This document shows positions 51,301 through 63,446 of a stretch of 64,000 nt of DNA, piece after piece (position 1 is the first letter of the stretch; every line of letters begins with the position of its first letter). The stretch comes from Vicugna vicugna. Its lineage: Eukaryota. The translations under genes and the position numbers were made by a program. The stretch is taken from positions 4,944,793 through 5,008,792 of the forward strand of contig MU058423.1 in NCBI GenBank assembly GCA_013265495.1, given 5' to 3'. The notes under the pieces were generated by a model, which did not search any database, was not told where the DNA came from, and saw only the letters and a list, made by a program, of their open reading frames with translations.

Positions 51301-52099
51301 CTCCCATAGTCAGCATTCCAATCATTAGACAGACTGAACGCCGGGTATTTACTGTGATGCAGGCAGAAGTGTGAGACGAGCGTGAGAAGGGATTGCTGTT
51401 GCCAGGGCCCTACTTCAGGCCTTCTGAGGAGCTATCCAGGGAGAGCAATAATTCGTTTTGTTGTTGTTGTTATCCTTGCAGAATAGATGACAATGAACAT
51501 ATTTGGGATTATTGTTTAGTGTCAATAGTAATTTTAATATGTATTATTTTATTTGCAGTGCAACCCAGTGAGCACTTACACAGAGGGAATGAGGGAATAA
51601 GAGATTACTTGACGAGGACATGGTTACAGGGCTAGAGAGTTACAGAGCTAGGGGATCATATGCCATGGATGGAAGGAAAGAGAATATGATGGTATGAAAG
51701 TGGGGGGATGGAAGCTACAACCACATCTTAAGGTGAGTCTCACAGTTTTGCAAAGATAATCAGGTCAAGTAAATTCAACTGGCCTGCAGAATATGGATTT
51801 GATCTAAACCAATTTCAAATTAATATGTAATAGGAATCACTTGGTTTGGCAGCTAACGTGCAGGTTTCCAGGCTAAACCGTCTGAGACTGTTTCCGTAGT
51901 ACTGCTGTCCTGGACCCAGGCCACTGGGTCTTGTAGCTTATCTAGCTGGTTTAAGGACCACACTGAAAAATGCTCAGTTTAGCTGAACTAGGTAATTAAA
52001 AAATCAAAATCAATAAAACTTATCTTTTTATTGTCCAGTTGAAAGTTTTATTTTATAAGTAGAATAACATTGTCTTTAGAAATGAAATAGCCAAATTTG

Positions 52100-52467
52100 T
52101 TATTTGCTTTTTTTAATGAACACAGATTTTTAGGTGATGAAGTCTAACTTACTAAATTCGTCCATGTCCTAAGAAAATTTAGCCTACCCAGAGCCATGAA
52201 AGCAGTCTCATAGCTTTTCTCCTAGAAGCATTATAATTGTTGCTCTTGCGTTTTAATCTATGATTTGTCTAAAATTGATTTTTGTATATGGTGAGAGGTA
52301 AGAATCAAGTTTCTACCCCCCAAATATGAGTATCTATTTATTCCAAAATCATATTGGAATGTTCTGTTGCCTTTAAAAAAAATCATTTGACTATGTATGC
52401 TTGGATCTATTTCTGGGCTCTCTATTGATCTGTTGTTGGTTCCTATGCCAACACCAGGCTCTTGCTC
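52100..52467 (-). mobile_element. Old L1 ORF2 fragment (left part of the host element)
   Basis: TTTTCTCCTAGAAGCATTATAATT...TTGATTTTTGTATATGGTGAGAGGTAAGAATC...GGATCTATTTCTGGGCTCTCTATT. Continues at 55991. Confidence 0.8.
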
Positions 52468-55400
52468 TTTTTTATTGAGGTATAATGGTCATAATATTTT
52501 ATTAGTTATTAGTTTCAGGAGTACAACACAATGATTCAATATTTGTATACACTGCCAAATGATCACCACAATAAGTATAGTTACTATCTGTCACCATACG
52601 AACTTAACAAAAACTTTTTTATTGTGGTGAGAACTTTTAATATTTACTCTCAAGTATGTCTTACAAGATTACTGACTACAGTCACCTAGCTGTACACCAC
52701 AACCCCGTGACTTATTTATTATGTAACTGAAAATTTTTACCTCTTGATCCCCTTCACTGATTTCACCCACCCTGTAACTCCCCTCCTTTCTGGCATCTAT
52801 GAGTTTTGTTTTATTTTATTTCATTTATTCTGCGTTTTTAGATCCCATATATAAGTGAAATCACACAGTGTTTGTTTTTCTCCATATTACTTAATTTACT
52901 TAGCATAATTCCCTCAAGGTAGAACCACGTTATCACAATGGCAAAATTTCATTATTTTTTATAGCTGAGAAACATTCCACTGTACATACAAGTAACATCT
53001 TCTTTATCCATTCAGCCATCAATAGGTATGCTGTTTCCATGTCTTGGCAGTTTAAATACAGCTGCAATGAACACAGGAGTGCATATATCTTTTTGAATTT
53101 GTGTTTCCATATTCTTTGGACAAATATCCAGAAGTGGAATTGCTGGATCATGTGGTAGTTCTATTTTTAAGATTTTGAGGAACCTCCATACTGTTTTCCA
53201 CAGCAGCTACACCAATTTACATTCCCACCAACAGTGCACAAGTGCTCCCTTTCTCCAAGTCCTCACCAACATTTGTTATTTCTTGTCTTTTTGATCATAG
53301 CTATTCTAACAGGTGTAAGGTGGCATCTCATTATGGTTTCGGTTTGCATTTCCCTGATCAGTGATGTTGAGCATCTTTTCATGTGCCTTCGGCTATTTGT
53401 ATATCTTCTTTGGAAAAGTGTCTATTCAGGTCTCTACCCATTTTTTAATTGACTTGTTTGTTTTTTTTATGTTGATTGTATAAATTCTCTGCATATTTTT
53501 GACATTAACCCCTTGTCAGATATATCATTTGCAAATATCTTCTCCCACTCAGTAGGTGGCCTTTTGTTTTGTTGATAGATTCCTTTGCTCTGTACATACT
53601 TTGTGAGAGATTTTAATCATAAATATATGTTGAATTTTCTCAACTGCTTTTTCTGCATCTTTTGAAACAATCGAGTGATTTTTATTCTTTGTTTTGTGAA
53701 TGTGGTATATCACACTGATTGATTCACAGAAGTTGAATCATTCTTGCATCCCTGGAATAATTCCCACTTGATCATGTTGTGTGATCCTTTTAAGATGTTA
53801 CTGAATTCAGTTTGCTAGTATTTTTTGCTGAGGATTTTTGCACCTATGTTCATCAAGGATATTGACCTGTAATTTTCTGTTTGTGTTTAGTTCTTGTCTG
53901 GTTTTGGTATCAGGGTAATGCTGACTTTGTAAAATTAGTTTAGAAGTGTTCCCTCTTCAATTTATTGGAAGAGTTTGAGGACGATCAGTATTAAATACCC
54001 TCTGAATGTTTGGTAGAATTCACCAATGAAGCCGTCTGTTCCTGGGCTTTTGTTTGCTGGGAGGTTTTCAATTACCGATTCACTCTCCTTACTAGTAATT
54101 GGTCTATTCAGATTTTCTATTTCTTTATAATTCAATCTTGTAAGATTTTATGTTTCTAGGAACTCTTCCATTTCTTCTAGGTGGTACAATTTGTTAAATT
54201 ATACTTATTTATTGTAATCTCTTATGATCCTTTGTATTTCTGTGGTGTCAATTGTAACTTCTCTTTCACTGTCATGCCTTCTAGATCATTGATTCTGTCT
54301 TTGTTTCATCTCGTCTGCTGTTGAACCCTTCTAGCATATGTTTTAATTTAATTAATTGTGCTCTTCATCTCTGTGATTTCTCTTTGGTACTTGTGAATAG
54401 TTTTCTACCTCTTTATTGAACTTCTCACTCTGTTCATCCATTCTTCTGGAAAGTTTGGTGAGCATATTTATGACTATTACTTTGAACTCTATCAGGTAAA
54501 TTACTTATCATCATTTCATTAAGGGTTTTTTTTCCCCTGAGGTTTTTATCATGTTCTTTTGTCTGGAACATATTCATTCGTTTGCTCGTTTTGCTTGCCT
54601 TTCTGTTTGTTTCTATGTATTAGGCGAGACAGCAGCTTCCTCTCCCAGTCTTGAAGGAGTGGCCTTGTGAAGGGATAAACCTCATCATTCCGCTCTGCCC
54701 TGGCTCTTGGTGGTCTCTGGAATCTGTGTGATTGTCTAAGCAGCGTGACTTATCCTTGATAGGTCCCTTTGTTGAGGGTGTGCCAAGACCTGCCAATGTT
54801 CCAGAGGGAGGGAACTCAGTCAGCACGTAGTTGCAGGCTGACTGGAAGCCAGATCCTCAGGTGGCATCTTTTAAAATATGCAAATACAAACAATCCTCTG
54901 GGTCTGCAATTGTAAACCCTACTGGCTTCCAAACCAGATGATCTGGAAGCGTTCCCTGAGCAACAGTTGCAAAAATTGGGGATCCAGAAACGTGCACAAG
55001 CTCCTTTCTGGGAGGGCCTAGCAAGCTGGAGCGAGGCTGAGACGGAGTGTGAAGATGGCGTTATTTGTCCCGTTTTCCCCGAGAGCACTTCTGTGGCCTC
55101 CAGATACGTGGCAAACCTGAGCCTTGACTCTCCGGCTGGGGCTCCAGGATAAGTAAATAGGATTTTCCCACAGAAAGACAGGGAGTATATTTCAATCTGC
55201 TGTCTGTGCTGTGCCCTGATGGTGGCAGCCTGCTAAAAACTGTGTCTCTGATTGTTACAGACCGGTGGGACCCGGGACTGCGAGCTCCCTGGCTGCTACA
55301 GCCAGGTGACAAAGGAGCACAGAGTGCACAGGGCAGGTACACCCGCCAGCTCTGGTGGGGAAGTGGGGGTGCGGGGACTGTTCACACCCACCAGTCCTCG

Positions 55401-55990
55401 CGAGACAGAGGGAGAATGAAAAACGCAGCTGCCCGCCCCTGCGTGCCAGAAAGTAGCTCAGCAGGCCTCTACCCGCCAGCGGATGCCTTAAGGTTAGCAA
55501 ATGAATCTCGGCTCTTTTCAAACTGCTGCTTTTGCCCTGGTCGCTGGGGCAAGTGAGTCTGTGCACGAGCCCTTTAAGGGAAGTATCTCGGTCTCCTACA
55601 GCCCTTTGGGTCTCCCGAATGTGAGGCCCATTGGTTTTCAAAGACAGACATCTGGGGAGCTTATCCCTCTGGTGCAGGCCCTAAGGACTGGGCTGCACGG
55701 CGTGGGGCGCAATCCCCTCACTCCCCGGGGAGAAGCTCTGGGTTTGTGAGAGCCCTCCTAATTGTGGGTCAGTGTGCCGGGGAAGTGGCTTCTGGTGGGA
55801 CCACACCTCTGCCTCTCTTACAGGTCTCAGTGGGGTCCTTCTGTCTTTTGTTGTGAAGGAGCTGTCCAGCTAGTTTTCAGGTCCTTTTCAGAGTGACTTT
55901 TTCCACATGTAGCTGTAGAGTTGGTGTGTCCATGGAAGGAGGGGAATTCAGGATCTTCCAAAGCCACCATCTTGGACTGTCCCTCCTCCC
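52468..55990 (-). mobile_element. L1 with both termini but two large internal deletions (~3.5 kb)
   Basis: PolyT/3' UTR at 52468; ORF2 C-terminus to ~53590; RT-region piece ~53600-54268; ORF1 N-terminus ~54270-54590; GC-rich 5'UTR whose minus-strand start GGGAGGAGGGACAGTCCAAGATGGTGGC...GAAGATCCTGAATTCCCCTCCTTCCATGGACACACC carries a YY1-type CAAGATGG motif. Degenerate TSD CCAGGCTCT at 52454 and 55989. Confidence 0.9.
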
Positions 55991-58620
55991 AGGCTCTCTT
56001 GATTATATGTAGCTTTATTTTATCTTGAAATCAGGTAGCGTGAATCTTCTAACTTTGTTCTTTCTTAAAAAAATGTTTTAGTTATTATATTTCCTTTGCC
56101 TTTCCAAATACATTTTAGTTCTCCTTACTGGTTTCTAGAAAATATCCTGCTAATATTTTGATACATTGTGTCCAATCTATAGATCTAATTGACACAAAGT
56201 TTCTGTCTTAATTTGAGTCTTACAATCCATGAACACAGTGTATGTCTTTATTAATTTAGGTCTTCTGTGGCTTTCAACAGTGTTGGAGATTTCACCATAC
56301 TGATCCTGCACACATTTTATAAAATTTATATCTATCTAGGTCATATTTTTCATGCTATTAAATAGTACTGATTTTTATTTCAATTCCCTACTATTAATTG
56401 CGGGTATATCGAACTTGTATACTAGAACCTTGCTTAACTCACTGATTAGTTCTGGAAGCATTTTGTAGATTATTGAGGATTTTCTACATTGGTCATATCA
56501 CGAGTCAATAGAGACAATTTCATTTCTTTCTTTTAAATCTGTATGATCCTTGTTTCTTTTAATTACCTTGTTATTACTGGCAAAGCTACTCTACAGGTTG
56601 TTGTATAGAAGGGTTGGAAGCAGATATCTTTCTTTGTACCTGATGTTAGGCGGAAATATTCAGACTGTCACCGTAGGTGCAAAAGTAGCAGTGGGTTATT
56701 TTTTGGTACCCTTTCTATTCCTCGTAGGTTGAGAGTGTTTATCAGGAATGGATTTCTCTTGTCATTCAGTTTATTTTTAAATATACCAAAGTGACAGTAC
56801 ATGCCAAAGTAAATTCTTTGGGCTTTAGTTACTTTCAGAGTAATTGAAAATGAGGGAAAAAAATCTTTTTATATTTATAGACATTTAAAATATATCCAGA
56901 GCTATTCATATATTTGTATAGATTCGAGTTTCTCTCTAGTATCATGACAGTAGGCCCAATAATTTCTTTTAACATTTCTTCTAGTCCAAGTCTGTTGCCA
57001 ATGAATTTGCTAGCTTTTATCTAAAAAGACTTAATTTTCTTTCATTCTGAAACCTCTTTTCACCAGGTATAGAATTCTGGGATGACAGTTTTATCTGTTA
57101 GCCTTTTAAAATGCCTCCTGTTGTCTTCTAGGTTACAGAATTTCTGATAAGAAATTTGCTATAATTCTCTCTCTCTTTTTTTTTTTTTGATACATGCTGA
57201 GATTTTTCTTTAGTACTGCTTCTCAACAATTTAAATATGACATGTGTGGATGTTTATGTTTCTTTGTCTTTTTTCTAAATGTATCTTGCTGAAATGTATC
57301 TGCTGGAATTCCCCATCTGCTCGTATATTTTGACCATCTTTTGTTCTAGAGTCTTTCACATATTACTTACAGCGATTTTGAACAGTTTTTCTGATCCAAC
57401 ATCTGTGTCATTTCTTGAGTCTAGTCCTTTGGATTGCTTTCTCTCTCTTGACAGTGGGTGTTTTTCCTTTGGCTTTTTTTTTTTTTTTTTAAGTGTGTCT
57501 CTAAATTTTTGACTCAGTGCAAAACATTATGTGCAGGATAGTAAGCTGAGATAAATAATATTTTTGCTTGATAACTGTTACGCTTCTTATGCCAAGCCAT
57601 CAGTGGGAGAAGGGGGCTGAGTCAATGTAGTTGGGAGTTAAGCGAGATTTGGATTTGGATGCTGCTGTGTTATTGTCAATCGACCACCCGGTGCAAATTC
57701 TTCCACCATTATCATGTGTTTAAGGGGAAGGTTTTTCACAGTGTTCCTGCTTGAGCCTCATATTTAGTCCATTTCTCTGCACTTAGGCCTCAGAAAGGGA
57801 CACACACACACTGCTGCCCTCCCAGAGCAGTGCTTGCCATTGCTTCTCACTCAGTGCTCAGCAGTCTGGTGTTGGAGTAGCGGGTGTCTTCTGTTTCCCA
57901 AAGCAGCCTTAGTCTTAGGCTGGGCCTGGGTACCAGGGCCTTGGGCGTGGGCCTTTCTCTGTGATCTGCCCCCTGAACCGCCGTCGGAGACCCTCTAACT
58001 GTCTGGGCTCAGGACTGTTCCTTTTCTTCCTTCAGGGGCAGAGAGTGATTCTTTCATCCACTCCCCAGCCACAACGGGCATTCACCTGTTCCCTGAGGGC
58101 GACAGTTTCTGCTGCTTTTGTCTCAGAGCTGAATCACTGGTTATGTGGGAGAGAACAGGCTGAGTGAGAGCTGGTACCCTCTCTGCAGCTGTAGTCCTGG
58201 AGAGCTGGAAGGTTCACGAGGGCTGCACCACTGTCTTACCCCAGATCTTTCCTGTAAGTGCCTGACAGAGGTCAATGGAGACGAGCCTACAGGTGGTCCC
58301 ATCTCCCCTTGTGTCTGTGACTCCTGGGGCTTTACAGTCACATGCTGGCCAGCACTCAGATGTCAGCAATTAGTTAAAACTTTAACCTGAATTCTCATTT
58401 ATGCGTCTGGCTGGGCTTCCTCCCATGTTCTGTCACAGAGGATTTAGTGTTCAAGCCCCATGACTTCTCAGAAGCTCCTGACTTTCTTTAGATTACAGAC
58501 TATTTGGTTCGTGACCTCATTCCTCTGAAAGATTCAAGAAGAGCCATAATTATCTGGTGGTTTTAGAATGAGTGGTTCTTTCCAGCTTTTTACATCCTAG
58601 GCAGAGAGAAGACTCTGCTC
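55991..58620 (-). mobile_element. Old L1M remnants (ORF2 continuation, then ORF1/5'UTR pieces)
   Basis: CTTGATTATATGTAGCTTTA...GTGAATCTTCTAACTTTGTTCTTT...CAATCCATGAACACAG is colinear with the 52100-52467 fragment. CAGGTATAGAATTCTGGGATGACAG marks the ORF1 region. Confidence 0.8.
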
Positions 58621-59399
58621 TACTTTCCAAAGATTTCTCTGACTTTTTAGCCTCTTGTTCTGAATAGATTTTGAATTTTCTAAATGCCAAATACCAGTTT
58701 TAGTTTTATGTCCCCCCATTTTCAGAGATTCTGGCTGCTCAAGTCTCTTAATTTTTGAGACCTTGTACTAAAAGAATTGCCAAAAACTCTGCTGGTGTTT
58801 TCAAATTAGATGTTGATCTCTTTCATCTGTGACTCAGATTCTCAGCTCTTGCCTGGCACCCAGGAGCAACAAACACTCCAGGTAGAATGGTTCTCCCGAC
58901 TGTGTGATGCTGTCTTCATGTTGTGCTTGCATCTGCAGTTCTCAAATGCCTTTTTTATTTATTTATTTATTCATTTATTGTGTATTTATTTATTAAACAG
59001 ATTGTTTGTGAACGCATTAGTTTGCCATAATCCACTCCATTTAGTAAGGAGCAGACATCCTTTTCTTTTTTTTTTTTTCTGTTTTAGTCAATTACTATTC
59101 TTTCCTCTATCTGCCCACTTCCTAATGTACATGTCATCTTAAACAGATTATTTAATATAATCATATAACCTGGAAGTTACATTGTGCCCTTTTATGGTGT
59201 CATATGCCACTGTCCGAGAAAGACTACCCACGAAAAATACTGGCACAGGTAAGAGTTTATTTTTCCTCCCATGGAACAATCTATAAGTAGCGTCCTGGTC
59301 AAAGTGACTACGTCCTGCTCTGTAGGACCATCAACATATTTTGCTTCCCTCTGTCTTGTTGTTCCTTGGAAATGGCTCAACAGAACCTTAGCTTTCCAA

Positions 59400-60045
59400 G
59401 TCTGCGTCCTGCTGGTGCAGTTTTAGAGACTCGGGCTGCTTTAGAGGCAAAGCAAGCAGAGAGCTTTTGCAGGCAGGGCTTATGTTCCTTTGACAATAAA
59501 ATCCCCTAAAATCTTAATTGGTTTCTGTTTGTTTGTTCCTTCTTCCAAATCTCTTCCACAAATAAGCATGATCTTATCATTCTGTCATACTTCTTGAGCT
59601 TGGAAAAGATTGTCCTTGTGGGTCTTCACACACAGCTCTTTCTTCTGCAGCTTAATGATGACCAATTTGTGACAAAGTGAAAAAAAAAAAGCTGCAAGCA
59701 AAGAAAGTTTCTCTTAACTGGGTTGTTTCCCCTTTAGGCTTTGTTTATAAATTATATAATTCTTGTCTGACTTCAAGAATTGTAGGATTTCACTAAACAA
59801 CGATTGGATATTATCATTGTAACTTCTGAGAATCAGATCCCCCTAGAGTAGGTGGTAGCCTTGGTGGGCACACGGTCTACTTTCTGTGGTAGTAAAGTGA
59901 ATAGTCAATAGCAAGAGCCCTATCCATTTTCCCTGCTGCAATATACATTTTCACCACCGACTGTCCAACCTATGAGACAGTCCAACACATTTTAGGTTTA
60001 TGTTTTCCTAGTACTCCACCTCCAGGTAACATTTTCTGTACCAGT
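59400..60045 (-). mobile_element. Probable MaLR (MLT1) internal fragment
   Basis: Ends CACATTTTAGGTTTATG...AGTACTCCACCTCCAGGTAACATTTTCTGTA, resembling the reversed MLT1 LTR/internal junction. Left boundary uncertain. Confidence 0.4.
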
Positions 60046-61003
60046 AATTTACAACATATCATTCATACCTGTACACCCCTTCCCACACAGCCATAGCATC
60101 ATCATGTTAAAAACGAAATGAGGTAAAGAGCTCTAAGTGACGCCTTATGTAGAATCTTTACTAGGTAAAGAACTTTAGAACAATCCTCTTGTTAGAATGA
60201 TAATGTCAAGTGTAAATAATGAAAATAGTTTGCATGCATGAATGAATTTCAGAAGTCAGGAAAAATAACTCTGGGAGATGCAATGTATTTCCAACTACAG
60301 GTGAAATATTTTTTCTGTCTCATTTAATTATTCTGGATGTTGAATCATTTATTTGTTAAGTCTATGCTGATGAACAAAGAATTGGCTTATTGATACTGTG
60401 AAGCCTTAAAAGTCAATACTGAGAAAATAGCAAGATATTTTCAATTAAAACAATGGTATTTTCAATTTGATTATCGATCATTTTGCTCTGATAGGCATTA
60501 GGTAAAGTCTTGTGAAAAATACCCACAATTACGTGTACCTTCCTTCTAGGCATGATTTGAAATTTAATTACAACAGTTAGTATAGTTTTTTTTTCCCATA
60601 AAGGTGCAGCTTTACTCAAATTATTAAGCTGATCACTGACTGGTTTATAATGCATCAGTTCCTAGACTAATGAACCATATATCCTTGTCAGTTTTAGTAA
60701 TGTTTTGACAGTTTTTGCCTCAGTGCCTCTGAATTACAAGTTTGTACGGCTGCACTGCTCATTGCTACAATAGTTCTCTCCCTGAGAATATGGTAGGTCG
60801 TGATTTCTGATTTTGAATTGTTTAGCCAAGCAACAATATATGGTTACTTCATCACAGAAAAAACAAAGCAATGTAGTTTTATGATCTTCATTAAATACTT
60901 AGTTCATGAGAAAAGTCAAATATAAATAAATTATGTAAATTTTAAATGCATGGCAAAATCTGCATCTTAAAAAATAAAATATAGCACAGGGAGACAGCCT
61001 ATG

Positions 61004-61324
61004 CAGGTCCACAGATCCTTTTACGCAGTTGCAAAATCTAAAAAGACCTGAAAAGCAACATTTTTAAATAACTCATTTGATAGAAAAATCTATTCTGAAT
61101 TGAAATGAGATTACTTATTGACTGTATTTATTATACCTAGTGTGTATATAAAGTTTTTGTTTAAAAAAATCTGATGTGCTCAATCATGGGGTGCTGCTCC
61201 AAACTCTGCCGAGTGGTTTAATATTCCACATATACATATGATTGCTTTACTAAAATAAATATATATGTATCTGTGCGATGTATGTATATATACGTATTTG
61301 ATCCAAAGCTTTTAGATAAAGAAA
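61004..61324. mobile_element. MER46C-like TcMar-Tigger MITE
   Basis: CAGGTCCACAGATCCTTTTACGCAGTTGCAAAATCTAAAAAGACCTGAAAA...CATGGGGTGCTGCTCCAAACTCTGC...CCAAAGCTTTTAGATAA. Confidence 0.75.
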
Positions 61325-61402
61325 TTAGACTGAACCACCAAAAAACTGTCATAATTTTTACACCAAAAATTAGATATAGGCAATTTCATATAGTTCAACC
61401 AT
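61325..61402. mobile_element. MADE2-like mariner MITE
   Basis: TTAGACTGAACC...GGCAATTTCATATAGTTCAACC: ~80 bp with degenerate terminal inverted repeats. Confidence 0.6.
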
Positions 61403-61599
61403 GCTGTTCAATCTAATATGTTCCTTGATTACTTAAGCGTAATTATAAGCAAATTATTTCATTATATGTATGGATACAGATCATAAAAACTACTATTAGT
61501 AAACTTTATGCTAAAGCTATCCACTTAAAAAAAGAGCTCCTGATTCACAAATAATTATAAGCCTGCATTTATAGCTCAAATTTTCCATCTACGTTCCCC

Positions 61600-62020
61600 T
61601 TTTACTTGGACTCACGGTACAGTTTGATCATCGCTTCCTCTAGTCTTTGTAACTTCACTGCACTATTAATGGCATTAGGCCATCCAGGCTTGAAACCTCG
61701 GTCACACTTGACACAGACGCTTACTTGCTGCTCATGGTGTAGTTTTTCTTTCAGTCTTTCTCACATCTTCTCTTTTGCTTCATTAATCTCATTCAGAAAC
61801 TTTCAGGCTCATACTTGGAATATTGTAACAGTTGTCCGGGCTGACCTTGTTACAGCTAGTTCTTTCACACTGCAATATGCCTTATCACTGTTACTTGCTC
61901 AGCAGCATTTGACAACTGTTAATTTTCTGTTTATGTTCAAATTCTGTAACTTTACAGCTAATCCCCTATGCAGTCTAGTTACAATTTTATATCAAAACCT
62001 TATTTCCCTTAGCATGGTAT
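61600..62020 (+). mobile_element. L2 fragment
   Basis: CATCCAGGCTTGAAACCTCGGTCACACTTGAC...TTCAGGCTCATACTTGGAATATTGTAACAG. This explains the 138-aa chance ORF. Confidence 0.55.
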
Positions 62021-62655
62021 AGATAGAGGGGGCGTCCTCAACTTAATGAAGTACTTCAGCAAAAACTCACAGCTAACACCACACTTAATGGTGAAAGAAT
62101 GAATGTTTTTCCTGAAGATCAAGAAAAAGGCATGGATGCTTACTGTTGCCACTTCTGTTTAGCATAATAGTGGAAGTCCTGGCCAGTGCAAGATGGCAAG
62201 AAAGGGAAATCAAAAGCACACATATCAGAAAGAAAGAAATTAAATTGTCTCTATTTACAGATGGAATGATTATTTACATAGAAAATCCCAAGGATCTCCA
62301 AAAAGCTTACAATAGTAGTAAGTGACTTCATCAAGGTGATATTATACAAGATCACTTTACAAAAATCAATTGTGTGTCTATATAAAAAGCACAATATCTT
62401 TTATAATTGCCCTTCCAAAATAGAATACTTAGATGCTAGTTTAACAAAACATGTACAGGACCTGTATGCTGAAAACTGCAAAATGATGGTAAAAGAAATC
62501 AAAGAAGATCTGAAGAAAAGATGTATCGGGTTTATGGATTGCAAGACTTAATACATTAAACATGTTAAATATACCGTCAATTTTAATGCAATTCCTATTA
62601 AATTCTCAAGATTTCTTGTAGATATAAACAATCTTACACTAAAATGAATAGCTAC

Positions 62656-62865
62656 CACTGTAGTTAGACCAGAGATCAAGTAGTTTCCAAAACTCTATAA
62701 ACAGTGTTGATGTGATTTGTTTTATTCAATAAATATTTTTTGATACTTTGGCCAGCCACCAGGCAAAAGTTTAGGGAGACAGAGATGAACAAAACAGTTA
62801 TGGCCCTTGTTCTCAGGGAGCTACAGCCCAGCTGGGGAGACAAGATTAAAAAATAATAATAAAAT
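62656..62865 (+). other. Orphan retro-insertion (non-L1 sequence with an antisense L2 3' end), with TSD and A-rich tail
   Basis: TSD AAAATGAATAGCTAC (62641-62655) / AAAACGAACAGCTAC (62866-62880). Ends ATTAAA-AAATAATAATAAAAT. The body includes TTATTCAATAAATATTTTTTGA...ACAGAGATGAACAAAACAG...GGCCCTTGTTCTCAGGGAGCTACAGCCCAG (L2). Confidence 0.65.
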
Positions 62866-63050
62866 AAAACGAACAGCTACAACAGTTTTGAGAGAGAAAA
62901 AAGGGTAGGCAAAATCATTCTACCTAACTTTCAGATTTGCTATATATCTAAATAATCAAGACTGTGATGTTAGTAGCATGATAGATAAACAAACAGAATA
63001 TAATAGAGAACCCAGAAATAGCCCCACACAAGGATGGACAGCTGACTTTT

Positions 63051-63446
63051 TAAAAATTGAAGTATATTTGGTTTATAATGTATTAATTTCTGGTGTACTG
63101 CATAGTGATTCAACATATATATATTCCTTTTCATATTCTTTTTCATTGTAGGCTGTTATAAGGTACTGAATATAGTTCCCTGTGTTATACAGTAGGACCT
63201 TGCTGTTCATCTATTTTATACATAGTGGTTAGTATCTGTGACTCCTGAACTCCCAATTTATCCCTCCACACCCGTCTTCCCCTTCACTGGTAACCACAAG
63301 TTTGTTTTCTATGCCTGTGAGTCTGCTTCTGTTTTGTAAATAAGTTCATTTGTGTCATTTTTTTTTTTAGATTCCACGTATAAGTGATACCATATGGTAT
63401 TTTTCACTCTCTTTCTGGCTTCCTTCACTTAGTATGACAATCTCCA
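63051..63446 (-). mobile_element. Younger 5'-truncated L1 3' end (cetartiodactyl type) with 15-bp TSD
   Basis: ATTGAAGTATA...GAATATAGTTCCCTGTGTTATACAGTAGGACCTTG...GGTAACCACAAGTTTGTTTTCTATG...CACTTAGTATGACAATCTC. TSD GGACA(G/A)CTGACTTTT at 63036-63050 and 63447-63461. Confidence 0.92.

Noticed and set aside
54620..55749. Overlapping GC-rich ORFs (up to 128 aa) or a CpG-island gene promoter
   Set aside because: They lie in the L1 5'UTR; high GC lowers stop frequency, and no protein is recognisable.
61606..62022. Longest ORF (138 aa)
   Set aside because: Non-ATG start, overlaps an L2 remnant, and has no recognisable domain.
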